DNA from: Candidatus Kapaibacterium sp.
GTDB lineage: Bacteria > Bacteroidota > Ignavibacteria > Kapaibacteriales > Kapaibacteriaceae
Direction of reading: 5' to 3'
Assembly: GCA_018882895.1 (NCBI GenBank)
Contig: VERF01000006.1
Location: forward strand, 45 to 64,044
Length of the DNA stretch: 64,000 nucleotides
A program made the position numbers and the translations under genes. Numbering within the stretch: position 1 is the stretch's first letter; the number at the start of each line of letters is the position of its first letter. This document shows positions 1 to 10,430 of this stretch, piece by piece. The notes below the pieces were generated by a model. It did no database searches and was not told where the DNA came from. It saw only the letters and a list, made by a program, of their open reading frames with translations.

Positions 1-1
1 A

Positions 2-268
2 GAAGAAGAGCTCAACGCAGATGTGACCATCGCTCCCAACCCTGCACAGGGATCGGCGACGGTGCGAGTGGCATCAGCAAGTTTGGGTGTCATGTCCATC
101 ACGGTTCTTTCGTCCATCGGTGAGCGTGTGATGACCTCGACCAGCCCTGGTGCGATTGGCTCATGGGATGTAACGATCCAGACCGATTCGTTGGCTGCCG
201 GACTCTACAACGTGATCGTCGAGCAAGCAGGTCGTCGCACAGTTCGTGCGCTGTCTGTGGTTCGCTGA
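2..268 (+). CDS. 3' end of a T9SS-secreted protein (type A C-terminal sorting domain), truncated at window start
   Basis: Frame open from base 2; IAPNPAQG...VLSSIGERV...LAAGLYNVIVEQAGRRTVRALSVVR matches the PNP...G-Y...terminal strand pattern of T9SS CTDs. Confidence 0.8.
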   Translation, partial: EEELNADVTIAPNPAQGSATVRVASASLGVMSITVLSSIGERVMTSTSPGAIGSWDVTIQTDSLAAGLYNVIVEQAGRRTVRALSVVR

Positions 269-381
269 TCGTAGGCGAGGTGTTCGATCTCCTCACGCGA
301 GAGTTAGGGCCATTCCGTCCGTATCTGTAGCGTGACGTTTCTGAAACAACTGATTCAACTGTGGTTTACAAGGAGTGCACA

Positions 382-3300
382 ATGGCACATCGGTACATCC
401 TCACAATCATCACGCTCTGCTTTGCAGCGACTGCATCGTGGGCTGGCATCACGGGCATTCTTGCCGGTAAGGTTACCGACAAGGAAGGAAGTCCGGTTGC
501 CGGAGCAGCGATCCGCGTGCTCGGAACCACGCGTGGTGCAAACTCCAAGCTTGACGGGAAGTACACAGTCGTCAATATCAACGCAGGATCGTACGATGTA
601 CGCGTCACGGCTATTGGCTACGACACGGTCGTCAAGCGAGTATCGATCGTCGCGGACCAAACCTTGACCGTCAACTTTGTAATGAACCAAGGCGGCGTTC
701 GGATGCGTGAGGTTGACGTAACCGCCGAGCGTGAAATGGTGCGACCGACTGATGTTGGTTCTACTCGCGCTACCAAGGGTGAGGACCTCGTCAAAATCGG
801 TCGCGATAACATTGCATCTGTACTTTCATTGAGCGCTGGTATCCGTGCTTCCGGCAACAACTTCGTTGTCCGCGGGGGCCGCACAAACGAAACGCAGGTC
901 ATGGTTGACGGTCTCACGGTGACGGATCAGTTCACGGGCGGTCTCGGAAACGTTGGATCGACGATCTCGGCTGCCATGCCAAGCCCCCTTGCCACCGAGC
1001 AGGTGGTGGCTCAAACTGGTGGATTCAGTGCTGAGTACGGGAATGCCGTTGCTGGTATTGTGAACACGGTGGTCAAGACGGGTCGCACGGACCGTTATGA
1101 AGGTCAGCTCCGCTGGCGCAAGGACGTTCCATTCCTCTTCGGTACGGCAGGAAATGGAATTCAGGCCGGTGCCCCCAACGAGGATGTAGTTGACGTCACC
1201 CTTGGCGGACCACTCGGACTCGGTAAGTCAACATTCTTCGTCTCAGTCCGCAACACGTTCCAATTGTATCGTAATGCCGGTCTGCAAGTGATCGACCCAA
1301 TTGGCAACAATTGGGGTCTACTTCCGAACAATCGCACATGGGCTCGCAACATCACGCCGCGTATGCGATTCCAATTCGACGACAATTCAGCACTTCTCGT
1401 CGGCGGCTCCTACGGCATGCTGGCCGGAGAGCTTTCGAGCATTGGGTGGCTATACGCCAAAAACCAGGGTTACAAAACCGACTTTTTCGGGAATCAGGTT
1501 CTCGACGCCAATGGGCAGCCGATTGGCAACGGTGTTTACGAACGGATGGCTAAGCAGCCGATTGTCCAGGAATTCACGACAAACGGCTTTGCGCAACTCA
1601 ACCAGACGCTTGGTACGAACACATTCTTTGATATTCGTGCTTCGTACAATGCCAAGGTTACCGAGGTTGGGAAGCGGAAGTCCTTTGAAGCACCTGGGCT
1701 CTTCTCGGGCATCGAACTCTACCAGCCAGTTGATGAGTTGGCAATAGATGATATCCGCTACAGAGTAAACGAGCGCAATACGATTCTTGATGATTACGAT
1801 TACCTGCGCCAAAACACACTCTCAAATGACGGCTTCAACCCTATTGAGCGCACAAAGCGTAATCCGATTACAGGGTACTACGAAGGCACATCCGACGCGC
1901 AATCAACAAACAACCCATTCGGCCTTATCGGATTCTTCTTCAATCACGGCAACACGGCGTCCGTTGAGTTTCGGAACGCTGTGTTCCTTCAATTCGATGG
2001 TAACATCACTCACAACCTCGAAGTTGGTGATACGCGTCACGTGATCAAGGGCGGATTTGAGTTTCGGACCTTTGATCTGTCTCTCTATTCGAATGGGGCT
2101 CCGTGGAGCGGTAACAATTTCGCTCAGGCCTACGGTCGTCCGAACGTCACCGACACTTCCCGCCCCAGTGGTGTTCGTAAGCCAACGTCGGCATCAATGT
2201 TTATTCAAGATCAGATCATGCTCAAGGGGCTTGTTCTTACGGCAGGCCTTCGCATGGATTATCTGAATGCCAATGCCACAACCTTCGATGTCGGAAATCC
2301 AGACTCGGTAACACCTGACGCAACGACAAAGCTGAACTTTGGACCACGGGTCTCGGTAACATATCCGATCACGCAGCGTCAGAACTTTCAGCTGTCCTAT
2401 GGTATCTACTATCAGAACCCACCGTGGTCAAACTTCTTTGACGGCGTGTACTCTGACCCGAGGTTCCAAGACTTTTTCGGCAACACGAACCTTCAGCCGC
2501 AGCGCACAAATCAATTCCAGGTGGCCTACAACCACCAGCTGAACGACGAGCTGGCGTTGTCGTTCACCGGTTATTACAACGACATTCAAAACCAGCCTTC
2601 CGTTCGTATTGATACGTTCGAGGGTCGGCCAAAGTATCAGTACGACCTCGCATCATATGGTACCTCACGCGGTATCGAAATGACATTCATGAAGCGTCTG
2701 ACGAACAACTGGTCATTCAACATCAACTACACCATTGCAAATGTTCGTGGAAACGCAAACTCTGCCACACAGCTGCCTCCTGTTGACCCACTGACAGGAG
2801 ACCTTCAGTTCCCAATCGTTGACTTCCCACTGAGCAACGACCTTCCGCAGCGTATCAATGCGGTTCTCGGTTTTGCATGGGGTAAGGACGAGGGACCAAC
2901 GATTGCAGGGATACCGATCCTAGAAAATCTCAATGTGAATGTGTCGGGTTTCTGGCAGTCGGGTCTTCCTTATACACCTGTCAATATCCGTGGTCAGATC
3001 AATGGACAACTCAACTCTGGTCGCTTCCCATCGAATTGGAACACGGAAATGCGTCTGACGCGTACGATTCCACTGACGAATGTCCTGGGCGGTCGTACAG
3101 CAGTCGATCTCATTCTTGACATTGAGAATCTCCTCAACTACACGGGCGCGGTTTCTTTCTTTCCAGCAACGCGCAGTCCTGACCAAGATGGTTTCAACCT
3201 GAATCGTCGTCTTTCAGACTTGACAAGTGCTGTCTATTACCGTGAGGCCGACCCTTCGAACAAGGCTTCGTTTTCCGAAAATCAATACGATCGCTACGGT

Positions 3301-3462
3301 AACCGGTACTACCAAGAGCGCGTCGACTTCAATAAGGACGGGCGCGTGTCCCCCGAGGAAACCTACCGCGGTTACCAGGAATATGTGTCGATGGTCATTG
3401 CACGACGGGTTAACTATCAGTTCCCACGTCGTGTGTTCTTCGCCGTTTCGTTCCGGTTTTAA
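382..3462 (+). CDS. TonB-dependent outer-membrane receptor with N-terminal carboxypeptidase-regulatory-like domain
   Basis: AAGGAG then ATG 382; signal peptide; GKVTDKEGSPVAGAAI, plug motifs VRGGR...VDG and GGFSAEYGNA.AGIVN; C-terminal FPRRVFFAVSFRF beta-signal. Confidence 0.9.
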   Translation: MAHRYILTIITLCFAATASWAGITGILAGKVTDKEGSPVAGAAIRVLGTTRGANSKLDGKYTVVNINAGSYDVRVTAIGYDTVVKRVSIVADQTLTVNFVMNQGGVRMREVDVTAEREMVRPTDVGSTRATKGEDLVKIGRDNIASVLSLSAGIRASGNNFVVRGGRTNETQVMVDGLTVTDQFTGGLGNVGSTISAAMPSPLATEQVVAQTGGFSAEYGNAVAGIVNTVVKTGRTDRYEGQLRWRKDVPFLFGTAGNGIQAGAPNEDVVDVTLGGPLGLGKSTFFVSVRNTFQLYRNAGLQVIDPIGNNWGLLPNNRTWARNITPRMRFQFDDNSALLVGGSYGMLAGELSSIGWLYAKNQGYKTDFFGNQVLDANGQPIGNGVYERMAKQPIVQEFTTNGFAQLNQTLGTNTFFDIRASYNAKVTEVGKRKSFEAPGLFSGIELYQPVDELAIDDIRYRVNERNTILDDYDYLRQNTLSNDGFNPIERTKRNPITGYYEGTSDAQSTNNPFGLIGFFFNHGNTASVEFRNAVFLQFDGNITHNLEVGDTRHVIKGGFEFRTFDLSLYSNGAPWSGNNFAQAYGRPNVTDTSRPSGVRKPTSASMFIQDQIMLKGLVLTAGLRMDYLNANATTFDVGNPDSVTPDATTKLNFGPRVSVTYPITQRQNFQLSYGIYYQNPPWSNFFDGVYSDPRFQDFFGNTNLQPQRTNQFQVAYNHQLNDELALSFTGYYNDIQNQPSVRIDTFEGRPKYQYDLASYGTSRGIEMTFMKRLTNNWSFNINYTIANVRGNANSATQLPPVDPLTGDLQFPIVDFPLSNDLPQRINAVLGFAWGKDEGPTIAGIPILENLNVNVSGFWQSGLPYTPVNIRGQINGQLNSGRFPSNWNTEMRLTRTIPLTNVLGGRTAVDLILDIENLLNYTGAVSFFPATRSPDQDGFNLNRRLSDLTSAVYYREADPSNKASFSENQYDRYGNRYYQERVDFNKDGRVSPEETYRGYQEYVSMVIARRVNYQFPRRVFFAVSFRF

Positions 3463-3512
3463 CTGAAAGGATAGCAGCGATGACAATACCCACGATGAAA
3501 CTTGGAGAAGCT

Positions 3513-6500
3513 ATGAATTTCTTATGGTGGCGTTCGATCGCGGTCGCGGTTTTTGTTCTCGGCGCGGTCACTGTCTCGGCTGACATTAATCGAGACACCA
3601 AGAACCGCAAGGGCAGCGATGCCGAAGACGTGCAACGGACCCCGACCGGCGTTTTCGATCAGCAGAGGAACAATAAGTCCAAGATCGACTTTATAACGAC
3701 GAACTATGGAATCTTCGGATTTGACGTTGTGAACGGTCAGGGTGGCGCATTCTGGCCAAGGGGGCGTAACAACCAGTACCTCTTTGCTGGTGGCGCTTGG
3801 TTTGGTGCGCGGAAGCGACCTCCGGGTTCTGACACGCTTCGTAAGCGTGTAATGATCACCTACAATCCAAACTCCGGCCGCTCATGGATGGTACCGGGCT
3901 CAGTCAATGATGGCCCGCTGGTCAATTCGGCAGATGCCTTCAAGAACAAGTACAGAACATACTTCTCGACAGATTTCTCTGATGAGACGGGCGTCGAAAA
4001 GATTAATTCTGAACTTCCGAATTGGCCGATCTGGGACAATGATGCGACAAAGACACTCCGAGTAAACAACTACTTCGGTAACTATGTCGATAAGATCGAG
4101 GATCGAACAAGGCTGGGTGTGAGAAATGTGCCAGCATTCGTTTCCGGCGAAGATGTTTTCTGTACATACAAGGACACCGATCTTTCTCGGTACGAAGGTG
4201 GTGCCCCACGACGTAGGGCCGAAGGTTTCCCACTAGGATTCCAAATCGAACAGATCGTCTATTCCTGGGGATTTGGCGATTACGGCGACATTCTTTTCAT
4301 GAAGTATCTGTTCATCCACCCCGAACAGTTTGGCGACACCCTGTATGACTGTTGGATGGCCGCCGTGCAAGATGTCGACATTGCTTTGCGTACCAACAGT
4401 GCGGCTGGTGCTGCGAACGACCGTGCCCGTTACTACAACGAGCGTCCAGACCTCAATCTTGCTGTGCAGTGGACAAATGGTGATCGTGGAGAGGCAGGAC
4501 AGGGCTTCGGATATCTTGGATTCAACTTCCTTGAGTCACCAGCAGTTGATGCGGACAAATTCATCCGCAACGACAAGAGTCAATTTCCCGTGTCAGAACA
4601 GCTTGGTTTGCAAACCATGCGCAACTGGCCTATTGTCGAGGATCCACTCGAAAACGAAGACCGCTACAACTTTATCTCAAGCCAACGTCGTGATGGTGAC
4701 CTTGGCCCCGGAGACCGTCGTCTGATGATGGCAACGGGACCATTTAACATGCGTCCGGGGGATTCCGCTCGTATTGTGATCGGTATCGTGCTTGCTTCTA
4801 CAGCAAAAGGTGGCGATGCCGACGGAACGGTAGAGGATATGGCAGAACTGATCCGCAAAGTACAGTTTGCACAGTTCGTCTATGACAATGCCTTTATCGC
4901 TCCAGTTCCGCCACGCGAAGCCAATTTCAAGTTCAAACGCACTGGTCCGCCGGCTTCATCCGTCCCGGTAGGAGAGGATGGGTGGTTCCCGTTCAATAAT
5001 GGAGTTGCTATTCAGTGGGATTCCGCTTCAGAGCTTTCCGTAGACACACTTGAGCAAGGCCTCGACTTCATGGGGTATCGGTTGTATCGCGCACGTCGCA
5101 CAGACCTTGATACCTTTGACACAGATTTCCGTTTGAATGCCCGTAAAGGACCTCTTGGCTGGAAACAGATCGCTCAGTTTGTGGTCCCATCGCCGTACAG
5201 CAAGTTCGGTGAGATTGTCCCTTCTGTCGAAGGTGTTAAGATCGACCAGTTCAGAGTCGTTGATGTCGTAAAGCCCAATTCACGTCGCGCGCTGGTAGCT
5301 CGGACGCTCAATTTTGCCGAACCATGGGGCTCATATTTTGCTCAGCTACAGAATAACCGTGATCCGCGCCGTTTGCGTAACGGACAGGTTGTCTATAACA
5401 CGAATTCAGATGGAACGCTTAAGACAAGCGGGTTCACGAACGGAGTTCCCAACTTCGACAAGCTTGACTCGATTCAGTTCTGTTACATGCGCAGCAAGAT
5501 TGATACAATCCCTGCCGTGTCGCGTTTGAACACGGGTGCCGTTGACGACGCTCAGGCTTTGCGTGCGACCGATTCTCTGATTCGCTTCATCCTTAAGCGT
5601 CAGGTAGTCCTAGAGCCATTCCGATTCCCCGAAGTAGACCAGGTCACACTTCCCGATGGCTCTGTGGTCGATGAAGTAAAGTTCCGCCCCTTTGAAGAGT
5701 TGAATGAAGTTCGCAAGGGGCTGATCGCACGACACATTCGTAGACTCACGAACAATCGAACCTTCATCGATATTGGCGACGACAATCGCAATGGGACCGT
5801 CGAATTCTCTACAGATCCGGAGCGCAGTGAGAAGTTGATCAACAATGTTGATTACTACTATGCGCTGCGGGCCTTCGACGAAGGCGATTATTCGAATGCC
5901 ACAGAGTCAAAGTTGAATGACAGGGCAAACGCAAACACCATCGCGACTTCGCCTCGCGGTGCTCGTCCGGGTGAGTCTGTGCAGTTTGAGTTAACAACGG
6001 ATGCGGAGAATGCAAAGCGTCTCGGAGGCATCTACAATATCCGACTGCTTGTCAATGACCAACAGAGATTCAACCAGCTGTTTGCCGGACGCACATTGAA
6101 CCTGACCTTTAACCGCATCTGGGATGGGTTTCCGTACAAAAACAATCAGAATGATCTTGTTGGACTTTATGGAGCCTTGTTCACATTGCGTGATTCGGCC
6201 ACTGGTGACGAAATCGCACAATGGAGCAGCTTACTTCCACCGGTCCTGTGTGGTTTAGGACGTGAAGGTCGGCCGTTCTCGTACTTCACGGAGCAGACTC
6301 GAACATGGGTTGATGCGGCGTTCTATGATGATGGTATTGATTCCATTTTCGATCTACGCGACACTAGCCTTATCCGTGTTGATACTGTCACGTTCGGCTT
6401 TGATACAAGCCGTGAGAAGAAGGTCCGTGCCGGATCGTACACGACAGATGTTTTCTGCGAAAATCCCCAGTATGCATTCGGAACCATAGGTCTGGCATTT

Positions 6501-7850
6501 GACTATGCGATCGAGCAATGGGGGGGTGTGTATCGTGCTGACACGGCCTACATCGTTAACGGACCAGCCAACATTGCCGTAACTAGGGCCAATACTGTGG
6601 CAGGACTCTACAATTTCTCAAATGCGCTGAACCCGGCACCACCATTTATCGAACTGCCGTATCCTGGATTCGTTCCACGAGTTCCATGGCCAATTTCATA
6701 CAACAACGGACCTGGTGTCTATGAGATCACATTCAAGGGCGGTGGCAGAGAGTCTCTTACAACAAAATTTGCTCTGAACACAACAGACGATGTTGGCAAG
6801 GATTCTACAATGACGTTTCCGGATGTTGAATATCTCGAATATGAGATTCGAAACAGCTACTCGTTCATGCGTGCCGATGCGAAACCCGACGGAACAATTG
6901 ATTCGGTTGCTGTCTCGTACCCGTTTAATCTTACACCGCAGTCAATCGACTACTCGAGTGTTCCACCTGCAGAACAGCGGAACTATCCGAATGCCGAACT
7001 TGTCACACCTGGCAGTTTTGCTGCCGCATCTTTCGGGTGGCGTAACTCTCGTAACGGTGAGTGGAGTCCAGCGCGTCTTCGTTTTTACGCAGCGCAAAAC
7101 AACTCGGGGCGTCCGCTTGGTCAGCAGCTCCGCTACTACAAGTCACGAACTGTATCAACAACCGGCAAGGACACGTTGGACTTTGTCAACGTGATTTCAA
7201 TCGGCGGCGCACAGTTTGTCCTTGATGCATCACTGCGAGGCCGCAGAACGTCGAGCAACTCGGTTGTGCCCAACGCCCCAACTACGGCGAATCCACCAAC
7301 TGCTTTTCCATCTGAGGACTTCAAGCCAGGTGACAAGGTGGTGGTGTCGACTTTTGGCGGTGCATTCGGCTTCCCATTTGATAATGCAACTGCCAAGATC
7401 CGGGTTAAGCAGTACGACAAATTTGATGCTGCGACGAAGACGGATTCGTACACAGACGAAAACATGGAACAGGTGCAGGTAGTGCCGAACCCATTCTATG
7501 TCTCGCATGAGGGGATGAGTTCGCCGTTCCAGGGCAAGATCTACTTCACGCGTCTTCCTCGTGTTTGCACCATCAACATTTACACCGTGAATGGCGAACT
7601 CGTCCGTACGATCGAACACAACGAGCTTGACCCTCTTCTCACCGGCAATACCGTTGAACGCCGTGAAAATTCCGAGCGGGCGCAGATTGGCGCAGACGTT
7701 TGGGATCTGCTTACGAGAAGTCAGCAGAGCAAGCGTCGCGCAGTAAGTCAAATGTTCATCGCGAAGATCGAAACGCCGAGTGGCGCTTCCGTTATTCGCA
7801 AGTTCGCAGTTGTTGTCGGCCCAGCCCGATTCGTCGGCGAAGGAGAATAA
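3513..7850 (+). CDS. Large (~1445 aa) secreted protein with C-terminal T9SS-CTD-like domain
   Basis: GGAG-ATG 3513 followed by a signal peptide (alternative starts 3480/3495); FnIII-like FMGYRLYR...YYYALRAFD segment; C-terminal VVPNPFYV...FTRLP..CTINIYTVNGELVRTIEH...WDL...KFAVV. Confidence 0.75.
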   Translation: MNFLWWRSIAVAVFVLGAVTVSADINRDTKNRKGSDAEDVQRTPTGVFDQQRNNKSKIDFITTNYGIFGFDVVNGQGGAFWPRGRNNQYLFAGGAWFGARKRPPGSDTLRKRVMITYNPNSGRSWMVPGSVNDGPLVNSADAFKNKYRTYFSTDFSDETGVEKINSELPNWPIWDNDATKTLRVNNYFGNYVDKIEDRTRLGVRNVPAFVSGEDVFCTYKDTDLSRYEGGAPRRRAEGFPLGFQIEQIVYSWGFGDYGDILFMKYLFIHPEQFGDTLYDCWMAAVQDVDIALRTNSAAGAANDRARYYNERPDLNLAVQWTNGDRGEAGQGFGYLGFNFLESPAVDADKFIRNDKSQFPVSEQLGLQTMRNWPIVEDPLENEDRYNFISSQRRDGDLGPGDRRLMMATGPFNMRPGDSARIVIGIVLASTAKGGDADGTVEDMAELIRKVQFAQFVYDNAFIAPVPPREANFKFKRTGPPASSVPVGEDGWFPFNNGVAIQWDSASELSVDTLEQGLDFMGYRLYRARRTDLDTFDTDFRLNARKGPLGWKQIAQFVVPSPYSKFGEIVPSVEGVKIDQFRVVDVVKPNSRRALVARTLNFAEPWGSYFAQLQNNRDPRRLRNGQVVYNTNSDGTLKTSGFTNGVPNFDKLDSIQFCYMRSKIDTIPAVSRLNTGAVDDAQALRATDSLIRFILKRQVVLEPFRFPEVDQVTLPDGSVVDEVKFRPFEELNEVRKGLIARHIRRLTNNRTFIDIGDDNRNGTVEFSTDPERSEKLINNVDYYYALRAFDEGDYSNATESKLNDRANANTIATSPRGARPGESVQFELTTDAENAKRLGGIYNIRLLVNDQQRFNQLFAGRTLNLTFNRIWDGFPYKNNQNDLVGLYGALFTLRDSATGDEIAQWSSLLPPVLCGLGREGRPFSYFTEQTRTWVDAAFYDDGIDSIFDLRDTSLIRVDTVTFGFDTSREKKVRAGSYTTDVFCENPQYAFGTIGLAFDYAIEQWGGVYRADTAYIVNGPANIAVTRANTVAGLYNFSNALNPAPPFIELPYPGFVPRVPWPISYNNGPGVYEITFKGGGRESLTTKFALNTTDDVGKDSTMTFPDVEYLEYEIRNSYSFMRADAKPDGTIDSVAVSYPFNLTPQSIDYSSVPPAEQRNYPNAELVTPGSFAAASFGWRNSRNGEWSPARLRFYAAQNNSGRPLGQQLRYYKSRTVSTTGKDTLDFVNVISIGGAQFVLDASLRGRRTSSNSVVPNAPTTANPPTAFPSEDFKPGDKVVVSTFGGAFGFPFDNATAKIRVKQYDKFDAATKTDSYTDENMEQVQVVPNPFYVSHEGMSSPFQGKIYFTRLPRVCTINIYTVNGELVRTIEHNELDPLLTGNTVERRENSERAQIGADVWDLLTRSQQSKRRAVSQMFIAKIETPSGASVIRKFAVVVGPARFVGEGE

Positions 7851-7861
7851 GGAGTACACTC

Positions 7862-8932
7862 ATGAAGACAACACGCGTTACATCTCTCCTCGTAGGCGTC
7901 GTTACTCTGCTGATGTCGGCATATCATGCCGGTGCGCAGGCGACGATCGCCGCAACAGATTTCACGAAGGTTGGCCTTTCCGGAGGTCAGTTCCTGAAGA
8001 TCGGCATCGGTGCTCGTGCCACAGGTATGGGCGGGGCGTACTCAGCCGTTGCGAATGATCTGTCATCCGTGTTCTGGAACGCTGCCGGCATAGCTTCGAT
8101 CAAGAAGTACTCAGCTGATTTCAGCCAGACATTTTGGTTCGCTGGTATGTCGCACAATTACGCGGCAGCCGTCATCCCGGTAAGCGAGAACTATCGACTT
8201 GCAGCAAGCCTTACCAATTTCACGAGCGGAGACATTCGTATCACAACGATGGATCAGCAAGATGGAACTGGTGGTATCTATCAGGTCAGCGATGTTGCCA
8301 TCGGTCTGACGTTTGCTGGAAACCTAACAGAGCAGTTCTCCTTCGGCGTGACGGCCAAGTACATCTCCATGGGCTTCACGAATATGAATGCCGGTGGAAT
8401 CGTCTTTGACGTCGGCACTCGGTACGAAACCGGTTTCGAAGGGATCGTTCTTGGCTTTAGCATCAACTCCCTTGGGACGCAGATGGAGTACTCCGGATCG
8501 GACGTTGCACGCGCGAACAATCCCGTGAACGGCGTCAACACGCAGCCGATCGATATGCGAATGCTGACGCAGCCCTTTGACATGCCCCTTTCATTCCGCA
8601 TGGGACTCTCAACGGACCTGTGCAAGGGGGCACTCTTCGAACCTGAAGTTGATGGCAGTGGCGTGCTCCAGCACTCACTGATCACGGCAGTTGATTTTGA
8701 GACATTCTCAGACGTTGCCGAGCAGTTTGCTTTGGGAGCAGAGTACACCTGGAAAGAGCTCGTTAGCGTGCGTGCAGGGTATCGCACTGGCACCGATCAA
8801 TTTGGTCTCAGTGGTGGCGTCGGACTGCGCTACGTCAGTGAGGATTTCTCAGGTCGCATTGACTATTCCGTGTCTCCGACAAAGAATATTGGTATGATCA
8901 GCCGCGTAAGCATCTCGATGCGATTCGATTGA
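7862..8932 (+). CDS. PorV/PorQ-family (FadL-like) outer-membrane beta-barrel
   Basis: AAGGAG then ATG 7862; signal peptide; FLKIGIGARATGMGGAYSAVANDLSSVFWNAAG is the PorV-family N-terminal motif. Confidence 0.85.
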   Translation: MKTTRVTSLLVGVVTLLMSAYHAGAQATIAATDFTKVGLSGGQFLKIGIGARATGMGGAYSAVANDLSSVFWNAAGIASIKKYSADFSQTFWFAGMSHNYAAAVIPVSENYRLAASLTNFTSGDIRITTMDQQDGTGGIYQVSDVAIGLTFAGNLTEQFSFGVTAKYISMGFTNMNAGGIVFDVGTRYETGFEGIVLGFSINSLGTQMEYSGSDVARANNPVNGVNTQPIDMRMLTQPFDMPLSFRMGLSTDLCKGALFEPEVDGSGVLQHSLITAVDFETFSDVAEQFALGAEYTWKELVSVRAGYRTGTDQFGLSGGVGLRYVSEDFSGRIDYSVSPTKNIGMISRVSISMRFD

Positions 8933-8960
8933 TCTCCAGTTTCATGATCCTAGACGTTTT

Positions 8961-8998
8961 AATGCCGTCGATCGTCGAGATCGGCGGCATTGTCATTT
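8961..8998 (+). terminator. Stem-loop, probable terminator after the TBDR-cargo-PorV unit
   Basis: AATGCCGTCGATC (8961-8973) pairs with GATCGGCGGCATT (8979-8991), followed by GTCATTT. Confidence 0.6.
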
Positions 8999-9023
8999 GA
9001 ACCCCAACATGCGTTGACTAACC

Positions 9024-10430
9024 ATGAAACGTTTGATTCTCCATCTGCTGTGCATCGTGACATGTACCAGTTTGGCCCGCGCTCAGCGTTCGATTGACGT
9101 AACAGCAGATATTGTTCAGTTCCGAGGCGCTAACGGGACTGTGAAGTGGGAGTTCCAGTACGCGTTTGCCGACACCGCTCTGCGCTATGTGATTGCCCCT
9201 TCGGGATTTGTTGGTGAATTGTACTGTCGTTTGGAGCTATCACGTGACACAGGGCTTGTTCACGTCGATGAATGGGTGGCCTCTGTGCCGAGTCCTGTCG
9301 CTACACCTAGTCATCGCCAGTTCTATTCGGGGGTCCGAGCAGTTAACCTGACATCCGGCAACTATGCGGTCAAGTTCTCCGCTTGTGATGTGAACGACTC
9401 GCTGAGACGCACCGCTTTGTCCTTCAAAAGCGTTGTTCCGGTGCAGGGCCTGCGCCCGACCCTTTCGGATATCATGTTCGTCATGCCCGGCAAGGGGTCG
9501 GAAAAGTTCCTGCGTAATGGAGTGTCTGCTGATCCCAATCCGCGACATGAGGTGATCGGCGCAGAGCCGACACTTGCCATCTATGCCGAGATCTATAACG
9601 CAAGCCAGGCCAAGCTGGGTGACTTCGATGTTGGCGTTTCGGTGATCGACAATATCCGAGATGAGCAGTTCGTTACCTATTTGCCTATGAAAGCACTGAG
9701 CGACGGACTTGTGGTGCGTGAAGAATTCCCGCTGCTCGGCATTTCATCGGGCGTCTATTATGTGCGCCTGCAACTGCTGACGAAAGATCATCAGACCGTT
9801 CTCGACACGAAGGAAGACAAGTTCTTTCTGCTCAATCCCGAAGAGCCCCCTGCCGGCCAGAGGATGCTAACTGAAGATGAGCATTTTCAAGCCTCGGAAT
9901 GGGCGATCTTAGTCGGAGAAAAGCTCAAGTTGGAGATGGAGCTCTCAGATATCCTCGCAACCAAGGCCGAGCTGGATGTTCGCAAGTCCTGCACGAATGA
10001 ACGCGCTCAGCAGCGCTATTTATACCGCTTCTGGAAGGTTCGCGACCCCGAATCCAGCACAAATGCCAACGAACGACTCGATCAGTTCCGTGCCAACTTT
10101 AAGCGTGCACAAACCTTCTACAAGAGTCCGACGTACCCGGATGGATGGCGCACAGACCGTGGTGTGATCCTTCTCAAGTTTGGCGTCCCGACGCAGATCG
10201 AGCGATTCGATCACAACACGGATGCCAAGCCATACGAGAAGTGGTTCTACCAGGATATTCAGGGTGGGGTAGAGTTCTACTTTGTTGACATGATGATGCA
10301 GCAGAACTACAAGCTGGTACACTCAACCATGCTTGGACAGATCAGCCAGCCGAACTGGTTCAATCTCTTTGCAAGGGCGTTCAGTCCCAATCCGAATCCT
10401 GTTAACCCACAGCCGGGTCTGCCCAGGTAA
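9024..10430 (+). CDS. GWxTD-domain protein, exported
   Basis: Signal peptide; FWKVRDP...NE...DGWRTDRGVILLKFGVP...YEKWFY motif. Confidence 0.85.
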   Translation: MKRLILHLLCIVTCTSLARAQRSIDVTADIVQFRGANGTVKWEFQYAFADTALRYVIAPSGFVGELYCRLELSRDTGLVHVDEWVASVPSPVATPSHRQFYSGVRAVNLTSGNYAVKFSACDVNDSLRRTALSFKSVVPVQGLRPTLSDIMFVMPGKGSEKFLRNGVSADPNPRHEVIGAEPTLAIYAEIYNASQAKLGDFDVGVSVIDNIRDEQFVTYLPMKALSDGLVVREEFPLLGISSGVYYVRLQLLTKDHQTVLDTKEDKFFLLNPEEPPAGQRMLTEDEHFQASEWAILVGEKLKLEMELSDILATKAELDVRKSCTNERAQQRYLYRFWKVRDPESSTNANERLDQFRANFKRAQTFYKSPTYPDGWRTDRGVILLKFGVPTQIERFDHNTDAKPYEKWFYQDIQGGVEFYFVDMMMQQNYKLVHSTMLGQISQPNWFNLFARAFSPNPNPVNPQPGLPR

